Of a stretch of DNA of 64,000 bases, positions 57,547 to 64,000 are shown one piece after another. Both the position numbers and the translations under genes were made by a program. The DNA is from Flavobacteriales bacterium (GTDB lineage: Bacteria; Bacteroidota; Bacteroidia; Flavobacteriales_F; PHOS-HE28), in assembly GCA_044224725.1 (NCBI GenBank), contig JBGAJW010000008.1:26136-90135 (forward strand), read 5' to 3'. Numbering within the stretch: position 1 is the first letter of the stretch; each line of letters opens with the position of its first letter. Under the pieces are notes generated by a model. That model was not told the DNA's origin and did no database searches. It saw nothing but the letters and a program-made list of their open reading frames with translations.

Positions 57547-57996
57547 CTACAATGCGCGCTTCTTCCGGAAGAAGGCCTTCATCAGGTCCGCGCAGGGAGG
57601 CTCCAGAATGCCCCCGGTCACTTGGGTCTTCGTGTGCAGCAATGCACCACCGAACCTGCGGTAGCCTGCCTTTTCATCGAAGGCACCGAAGACGATGCGG
57701 CCCATGTGCGCCCAGTTGAGCGCTCCCGCGCACATCACGCAGGGCTCGAGCGTGACGTACAGCGTGCATTCGTGCAGGTACTTGCCGCCGAGGTTCTCCG
57801 CTGCCGCCGTGATGGCTTGCATTTCGGCGTGCGCGGTCACGTCGTTCAGCCGTTCGGTGAGGTTGTACCCGCGCGCGATCACCTGTTCGCGGCAAACGAT
57901 CACACAACCGACCGGGATCTCATCATCCGCGAAGGCGCGCTCCGCCTCGCGCAAGGCCATGCGCATGAAATGCTCGTCGTCCACCGCGCCGATCAC
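57547..57996 (-). CDS. tadA: tRNA-specific adenosine deaminase / nucleoside deaminase
   Basis: AHAE and EPCVMC zinc motifs; the GTG start overlaps the upstream TGA. Confidence 0.85.
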   Translation of the reverse strand: MIGAVDDEHFMRMALREAERAFADDEIPVGCVIVCREQVIARGYNLTERLNDVTAHAEMQAITAAAENLGGKYLHECTLYVTLEPCVMCAGALNWAHMGRIVFGAFDEKAGYRRFGGALLHTKTQVTGGILEPPCADLMKAFFRKKRAL

Positions 57997-59570
57997 TGGA
58001 GCAGCAAGGGGCTTCGGTAAACTACCCGTCCGGTGCGATCGCGCACTTCCGCCAGAACGCTCCCACGAGCGAGGTCCCCGACCGGCATGGTGTTCCCGCC
58101 GGACAGCAACCGTCGCCGGAGCAATTCGCGCCCCTGCATATCGAGCAGGCGCAATTCGGCACCCTCGCGGTCCACGCTCACGTTCAGTACTTCGCTCGCG
58201 GGAGAGGGTGAAATGCTCACCGTCGCACGGATGGTATTCTCCGCCAAGCCGATGGTGGAACTGTAATCGCAATCGAGGTAGTGCGCCTGGTGCGGGCTGT
58301 CGTCGATCACCATGTTCGTATCGCTCGGGAACCCGTAAGTGTACGCCATGAAGAACAGCATCATTTCATCCGTTGTGGATTCGCCGAGCGTGACCCATTG
58401 CGGCGGATCGTTCGGATTGTCCTCGTTGTTCGAGGTGTTGTCGTAGGTGGCTTCCCCGTACAACCAGCTTCCGCCCGGGAGGAAGATCGGATGGCGGAAC
58501 TCGTACATGCCCTGCCAATGGAAGTCCCAGTCCAGATCGATGAGCGGGATGGTGTCCTGCGCGGGGGTCACCGCATAACTCTTCATGTGCTTGCAGAGCA
58601 GGTGCGCATGCGGGCCTATCGCCACGATCGTTGCCGGAAAGATCGCCGGTATCTGGTATTCCTCGTGGAAGGTCAGCACTTGGTCCGGCGGTATGCTCAA
58701 GAAGGGCTCCACGATCGAGACAAGATGCTCGAGCGGCGAGGAGATGTCGAGGTTGCGGACGAAGGTCGCCGGGTCGTAGAGGAAATTCACGCGCGTGCTG
58801 TCCAGCGATCCATCGCTGCCCAGCGGATAGTGCAGCTGGATCACGATGTCCGCACCGGCGAAGAGTTTGATGCCCATGCCCTCGGGCGCGGTGTAGGAGG
58901 TGGCACCAGGCACCCACACGCCGATGAGCTTCGCATCGGAGACACCGATGCCGCCGAAACTCGTATAGCCCGGATCGGGGTCGGCGTCATCCAGCGCCTG
59001 CGCCTGACCGGTCGTATCCTGGTACACGAGTACATGATGTACGGCGGAACTGTTGCCGGGGATCACCTCGAACCGCTTGATCCATTTGTCCACCGTGGTT
59101 CCCGATGGCAGCACGAAGGCGCGGTAGAGGTCATCGCTCAGCGACGGGATGGTGTAGTCCGCCATCTTCACGGAAAGGTCGGGAGCAGGAATGCTCCATT
59201 CCGTGGCATACACCGGTGCGGGTGGTGCAGTGCCAAGGTCGCCGGAAGGCCCATCGGCGTTGGCCCAAGCCGCGATGATGTCGATCTCCGCCTGGGTGAG
59301 GACGCGTTCATGCGCGAGGCTGCGGTACTCCGGGTGCGGCGGCCACGGCGGCATCACCCGGGCCTCGGTGTAGTCGCGGATGTCACCACGGTGCGCGTGC
59401 GCTTCGTCATAACTCGTCAGGTCAAGGACCTCACCGCTGATGCCGCCCGGATGATGGCAGCTTGTGCAGTGGCTGAAAAAAACGCAGGCCACATCATCGG
59501 CCCAGGTGGGTGCTTGCGCGCTCGCCATCGCGGGGAGCAGAAGAAGGCAGGGCAGCAGTTTCCGCATCAT
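57993..59570 (-). CDS. Secreted copper type II (PHM/DBH-like) monooxygenase fused to a c-type heme domain, T9SS CTD
   Basis: CTSCH heme motif and MPPW; VHH, LHYP, PHAH and DEMM copper ligands; type A CTD. Confidence 0.8.
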   Translation of the reverse strand: MMRKLLPCLLLLPAMASAQAPTWADDVACVFFSHCTSCHHPGGISGEVLDLTSYDEAHAHRGDIRDYTEARVMPPWPPHPEYRSLAHERVLTQAEIDIIAAWANADGPSGDLGTAPPAPVYATEWSIPAPDLSVKMADYTIPSLSDDLYRAFVLPSGTTVDKWIKRFEVIPGNSSAVHHVLVYQDTTGQAQALDDADPDPGYTSFGGIGVSDAKLIGVWVPGATSYTAPEGMGIKLFAGADIVIQLHYPLGSDGSLDSTRVNFLYDPATFVRNLDISSPLEHLVSIVEPFLSIPPDQVLTFHEEYQIPAIFPATIVAIGPHAHLLCKHMKSYAVTPAQDTIPLIDLDWDFHWQGMYEFRHPIFLPGGSWLYGEATYDNTSNNEDNPNDPPQWVTLGESTTDEMMLFFMAYTYGFPSDTNMVIDDSPHQAHYLDCDYSSTIGLAENTIRATVSISPSPASEVLNVSVDREGAELRLLDMQGRELLRRRLLSGGNTMPVGDLARGSVLAEVRDRTGRVVYRSPLLLQ

Positions 59571-59641
59571 GCGCTGGTTGTTCTGGATGGAAAGGTTGGA
59601 CCGCGACAGGGTTGCGAAATTCGATCGGTATGACCCCGCCA

Positions 59642-61420
59642 TCACGCCATCGTTACGGACCCGGAGGCTTCGTTTGCGGGCTCGTTCTCCAACAGGCCTT
59701 CAACGCCCGCCTTGATGTCCTTCACGTTCAACTGCAACGACTTGCGGCCTTGCCAGAGGTTCTCCTCCAGCACGTACAGGATGCTGAAGGGCTCGCCCGA
59801 CTTCACGGTCTCGAAGTGCTTCCCCAAGCGGAAACCGATGGCATCGAAGCGCTTGTTCGGTTTTCCCGGCGGATGCACCATGAGCTTCAAATGGTCCTCG
59901 CCCACGATGCGCGCGCTGCCGCTGTCCACCACGCCGCGCGAGAGGAACACGGGCCGCATGTTCCGGGGCCCGAACGGTGCCATGTGCTGCACGTCGCGCA
60001 CCAAGCGGTCGTTGATGAGGTCCAGGCCGATCTCCAGGTCGATCTCTTCCACGGGTATGCGCATCTCGGCGGGCATGCGCTCGCGCACCACGCGCTCGAA
60101 GCGTTCACGGAAGGCTTCCACGTTCTCCACCGGCATGCTGAGGCCTGCCGCGTACATGTGCCCACCGAACTGGTCCAGCAGGTCCGCGCACGCGGCGATC
60201 GCCTCATGCACGTCGAAGCCCTTCACACTGCGCGCGCTCCCGCTGGCCTTGCCGTTGCTCTCGGTGAGTACAACGGTGGGCCGGTAGTGCGTTTCGATCA
60301 GGCGGCTGGCCACGATCCCCACCACGCCCTTGTGCCAGTCCTTGTTGAAGACCACCGTGGTCCACGCGTCCCGCAGATGGTCTTCGGTCCCGAACATCTC
60401 CAGGGCTTGCCTCGTGATCTCCTTGTCCAGGTCTTGCCGGTGGCTGTTGTTCTTGTCTATGCGCAGACCGATCTGCTCGGCCTGCGACAGGTCATGGCTC
60501 AACAGCAGTTCCACCGCTTGTTGGCCGTGCTCGATGCGCCCCGCCGCGTTGATGCGCGGACCGATGACGAAGACCAGGTCGGTGATCGTGAGCTCGCGCT
60601 TGAAGTTCGTCATGCCGAGCATGGCCTGCACACCGGGGCGCACGGGTCCTTTGTTCAGGCGCTTCAACCCGAAATGCGAGAGCACCCGGTTCTCCCCGTT
60701 CACTGGTACGATATCGCAGGCGGTGCTGATGGCCACCAGGTCCAGTAGCGGTTCCAGTTCGCTGAAAGCGATACCGTTGTGCTGTGCCAGCGCCTGCATG
60801 AGCTTGAAGCCGATGCCGCAGCCGCTCAGTTCCTTGAACGGATAGGGGCAGTCCGGCCGCTTGGGGTCCAGCACGGCCACCGCTTCGGGGATCGTTCCGC
60901 CCGGCAGGTGGTGGTCGCAGATGATGAAGTCGATGCCCTTTTCGGCGGCGTACGCCACCTTGTCGACGCTCTTGATGCCGCAGTCCAAGGCGATGATCAG
61001 TGTGACGCCGTCCGCCTCCGCGCGATCGATACCGAGCGTGCTGATGCCGTAGCCTTCCGCGTAGCGGTCAGGTATGTAGCTCACCAGGTCGCCCGTGAAG
61101 CGCGACAGGAAACCGAACACCAGTGCCACGCTCGTGGTGCCGTCCACATCGTAGTCCCCGTAGACCATGATCCGCTCTCCTTCGCCCAGTGCGCGCTCGA
61201 TGCGCTCCACGGCCTTGTCCATGTCCTTCATCAGGAAGGGGTCGTGGAGCTGGTCGAAGTGCGGCCGGAAGAATGCCGCAGCCTCGGTGGGAGTGGTGAT
61301 GCCCCGCTGTGCTAGCAATCGCGCCAGTTCGATCGGGCAGCGGTCGCTGACCAATGCCTGTACCTGTTCGGCAGGCGGGTCAGCCTTCAACTTCCAACGT
61401 TTGCTCGTACCCGTGGTCAT
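59642..61420 (-). CDS. recJ: ssDNA exonuclease RecJ
   Basis: GDYDVDG, LDCG, CDHH, PRINAAGR, GSARS, APFGP. Confidence 0.97.
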   Translation of the reverse strand: MTTGTSKRWKLKADPPAEQVQALVSDRCPIELARLLAQRGITTPTEAAAFFRPHFDQLHDPFLMKDMDKAVERIERALGEGERIMVYGDYDVDGTTSVALVFGFLSRFTGDLVSYIPDRYAEGYGISTLGIDRAEADGVTLIIALDCGIKSVDKVAYAAEKGIDFIICDHHLPGGTIPEAVAVLDPKRPDCPYPFKELSGCGIGFKLMQALAQHNGIAFSELEPLLDLVAISTACDIVPVNGENRVLSHFGLKRLNKGPVRPGVQAMLGMTNFKRELTITDLVFVIGPRINAAGRIEHGQQAVELLLSHDLSQAEQIGLRIDKNNSHRQDLDKEITRQALEMFGTEDHLRDAWTTVVFNKDWHKGVVGIVASRLIETHYRPTVVLTESNGKASGSARSVKGFDVHEAIAACADLLDQFGGHMYAAGLSMPVENVEAFRERFERVVRERMPAEMRIPVEEIDLEIGLDLINDRLVRDVQHMAPFGPRNMRPVFLSRGVVDSGSARIVGEDHLKLMVHPPGKPNKRFDAIGFRLGKHFETVKSGEPFSILYVLEENLWQGRKSLQLNVKDIKAGVEGLLENEPANEASGSVTMA

Positions 61421-61474
61421 GTGCCGAAGGTACTCAGCGGGGTCGATCGGCCTGCATCCGGCGGAACGACACGC

Positions 61475-62353
61475 CTAGTCGGCTTTGAGCAGTTTCTTCG
61501 CTTCTTCCAAGTCTTGCTTGGCCTTGGCGGACGGTACCGGGATCGTCGGGTCCATCGCTTCGAGCTGGGCGCGCACCAGGTCTCCCACGATGGCGCGCGA
61601 CTCCCATTGTTCGTCCGCCGGTACCACGAACCAGGGCGCATGCGGCGCGGCTGTGGCACGCACCGCGTCCTCATAGGCCTTCATGTATCCATCGAAATGC
61701 TCGCGTTCCTTCACGTCACCGAGGCTGAACTTCCAGTTCTTCTTCGGGTCATTGATGCGCTCGATGAACCGCTTCTTCTGCTCCTTCTTCCCCATGTGGA
61801 GGAAGAACTTCATGATGACGGTGCCGTTCCGGGCCAAGTGCTCCTCCCACGCACGGATAGCCGCGTACCGGCGCTCCCAGAACGCGGCGTCCGCGTCCTT
61901 CGGTGAAGCGATGCCCGGCAGGCGCTGCCCGAGCAGGTATTCGGGATGCACCTTCACCACGAGCACCTCCTCGTAATGGCTGCGGTTGTGGACACCGACC
62001 ATTCCACGGGCGGGAACGGCTTTCATGTGCCGCCAGAGGAAGTCGTGCGCGAGTTCCTCGCCGCTCGGTTGTTTGAAGCTCATGACTGTGCAACCCTGCG
62101 GGTTCACGCCGCTGAGCACATGATCGATGCAACTGTCCTTCCCCGCCGCGTCCATCGCCTGGAAAATGAGCAAGAGCGATCGGCTGCCTTCGGCGTACAG
62201 GCGTTCTTGCAGTTCAATGATGCGTGCGCGGTCTTCCTCGAGCAGTTTCTTCAGCGCGTCCTTGCCGAGGTGCTCTTTCAGTTCAGTGGGGTGATCGGCG
62301 AGATGGAATTCCCGTCCGTCGGTGATCGTGAAGTCGGATGGCTGGAAGGGCAT
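61475..62353 (-). CDS. ppk2: Polyphosphate kinase 2 family protein (class III-like)
   Basis: QAMDAAGKD, HDFLWR, NRSHYEEVL, KFFLH, APWFVVPAD. Confidence 0.93.
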   Translation of the reverse strand: MPFQPSDFTITDGREFHLADHPTELKEHLGKDALKKLLEEDRARIIELQERLYAEGSRSLLLIFQAMDAAGKDSCIDHVLSGVNPQGCTVMSFKQPSGEELAHDFLWRHMKAVPARGMVGVHNRSHYEEVLVVKVHPEYLLGQRLPGIASPKDADAAFWERRYAAIRAWEEHLARNGTVIMKFFLHMGKKEQKKRFIERINDPKKNWKFSLGDVKEREHFDGYMKAYEDAVRATAAPHAPWFVVPADEQWESRAIVGDLVRAQLEAMDPTIPVPSAKAKQDLEEAKKLLKAD

Positions 62354-62395
62354 GGTCGAGGATATCGCGCAAGGTTAGCGCATCGCTATGAAGCC

Positions 62396-62428
62396 GAACG
62401 CCCGGCCTCCATCGGAGACCGGGCGTTC
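62396..62428. terminator. Hairpin/terminator after the Omp28-like gene
   Basis: GAACGCCCGG...CCGGGCGTTC. Confidence 0.6.
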
Positions 62429-62444
62429 GTTGTGGAGGTCCTGA

Positions 62445-64000
62445 TCAGCGCAGCACCTCGAAAACGCGGGCGGCACCGACGCCGTTCGTTCCGCGGGCAC
62501 GGACACTGTACACGCCGTTGTTCAGGCCGGATACGTCCAGCGAAGCGAGAGCGGCGTTGTTGCCGATGCCCTGGCTGAGTACCAAACGGCCGGAAGCGTC
62601 GATCACCTCCAGCACAGAAGCGTTCTCCACGCCCGTCACGTTGATGTTGAGCACGTCGCAGGCCGGTGATGGATACGGTTGGCCGAGGTTGGCCATCGCC
62701 GCATCGAATTCTTCAACGCCCACTGCGCCGTAGAACCAGTCATGGCTCAACTGCACCATTTGGCGGGCCACGTCGGGTTCGTTCATCTGCTCGGGACCTA
62801 CGCCGAAGTACACCAGCTTGTATGCGGCGGTCTGCGCCCGGAGCCCACCGATACCGTTGTCATTGTAGTGGATGATCCCCACCGCCGGTGCGATCGGCGT
62901 GATATGATCAGGGTAGATGTTGGCCGCGAAGACATCATTGATCGTTCCATCCGCCACCGTGCCGAAGACCGCATCCCCATCGTCGAATGTCACGTCGGTG
63001 GTCGCCGAGGAGCCGTCATCCACGAAGTCGGCCAGCAGGTAGTCCGTGTAGAAGGCCTGTGTGGCCGCGGTACCGTAGCTTCCGGTGGCACCGCTCTGGT
63101 CCCAGCCGATGTCCTGGCCGGCGATCATCAGGTTGCCGCCATTGTCCATGAAGTTGGCCAGTGCGCTCGCCACTTCATCCGTATAGCTGGGGAAGGTCCA
63201 ACTGATATTCAGGTAGAGGTTGTTCACGTCGACCAAGGCGTTCGCGTCCGCGAATTCGACGAAGTCCGCACGCGTAGTGAAGCCTTTGGCGGGTTCCGAC
63301 CAGAGACCTTCCCAGTAGATCGTTTCATGCGCCTCGGCCTGCGGGTTGGTGACGATGAGGTCATGCACACCACTGATCACATGGAACGGTTGCACCATTA
63401 TCGGTGCCCCGGGTGCGCTCGCGCTCGCGATGCGCAGCTCGTAATGGCTGATGCCCGCGTTCGTGTTCGGCGTGATGTTCACCGCCACGTCCAACTGCGC
63501 CGCGTTCGCTACTTGTACCGTGAACGGATCGGTGTGTGCGCTGCCGTTCACGGTGAAGGACTTCTCCCAACCGAACGGGGCGTATGTATCCACCAGTGAG
63601 ACCACGAAATCCTGGTCACTGCCCATGGCGTTGACGAAGCCGTTGGAGTAGCCCGTAGCTGCTCCATTGGTACCTGGACGATAGGGTTGGGGATCCCCGC
63701 TGAGCGTACCGATCACGAGCGTGGTGCCGCCCACGGCGGCCACTTCACGCGCTTGGTAGATGTCCGTCTGGTATTCGCCCACGAAGGCCACCACTTTGCA
63801 GTTGCCGATCACCCACTCCTCGGGTACCGTGTAGGTGTACGTGCGCTCGACCAGCTCACCGGTTCCGGGGGATCCGATGTCCTCACCCCAGGTATCCGTG
63901 ATCACGTCCCGCAGCACCGCGATGTGATCGTAGTTCTGGTGCGTTCCGTTGGTATAGTCCGCCTGATAGCCGATGATGTGGTCCTCCTTCAGCACGACGC
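62445..64000 (-). CDS. Omp28-related protein with T9SS type A CTD (5' end outside window)
   Basis: NYDHIAVLRDVITDTWG is paralogous to 51324-52391; CTD YPSPA...LNNGVYSV. Confidence 0.85.
   Translation of the reverse strand, partial: VVLKEDHIIGYQADYTNGTHQNYDHIAVLRDVITDTWGEDIGSPGTGELVERTYTYTVPEEWVIGNCKVVAFVGEYQTDIYQAREVAAVGGTTLVIGTLSGDPQPYRPGTNGAATGYSNGFVNAMGSDQDFVVSLVDTYAPFGWEKSFTVNGSAHTDPFTVQVANAAQLDVAVNITPNTNAGISHYELRIASASAPGAPIMVQPFHVISGVHDLIVTNPQAEAHETIYWEGLWSEPAKGFTTRADFVEFADANALVDVNNLYLNISWTFPSYTDEVASALANFMDNGGNLMIAGQDIGWDQSGATGSYGTAATQAFYTDYLLADFVDDGSSATTDVTFDDGDAVFGTVADGTINDVFAANIYPDHITPIAPAVGIIHYNDNGIGGLRAQTAAYKLVYFGVGPEQMNEPDVARQMVQLSHDWFYGAVGVEEFDAAMANLGQPYPSPACDVLNINVTGVENASVLEVIDASGRLVLSQGIGNNAALASLDVSGLNNGVYSVRARGTNGVGAARVFEVLR

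Overview
GC-rich Bacteroidota DNA, probably Flavobacteriales-like. This is inferred from T9SS cargo and PorP genes, Gln-start mature proteins and TAnnTT(T/C)G promoter boxes. The window opens with the 5' ~680 codons of a compact type II-C cas9 (minus strand, absent from the ORF track) and a divergent tracrRNA-like RNA. A ~24 kb surface-adhesin locus follows: three type-B-CTD cargo/PorP pairs, including two giant Cys-rich repeat proteins, plus a PorE-like OmpA. The rest holds housekeeping genes (tRNA-Gln, aspS, hppD, hmgA, trhO, gdhA, tadA-like, recJ, ppk2), a TonB-receptor operon and several T9SS cargo proteins. Three signals are not explained by the gene calls. (1) Downstream of hppD, three degenerate copies of its last ~25 codons, each carrying a new palindrome, separate accessory gene cassettes; no integrase is visible. 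(2) One 31-bp palindrome is inserted in frame in the signal peptides of three consecutive T9SS genes and also occurs in 5' UTRs; other palindromes are inserted in frame in aspS and DUF1572. (3) Several genes look leaderless, and a candidate arrest-peptide leader precedes the TonB receptor. All calls are by eye; no database searches were run.
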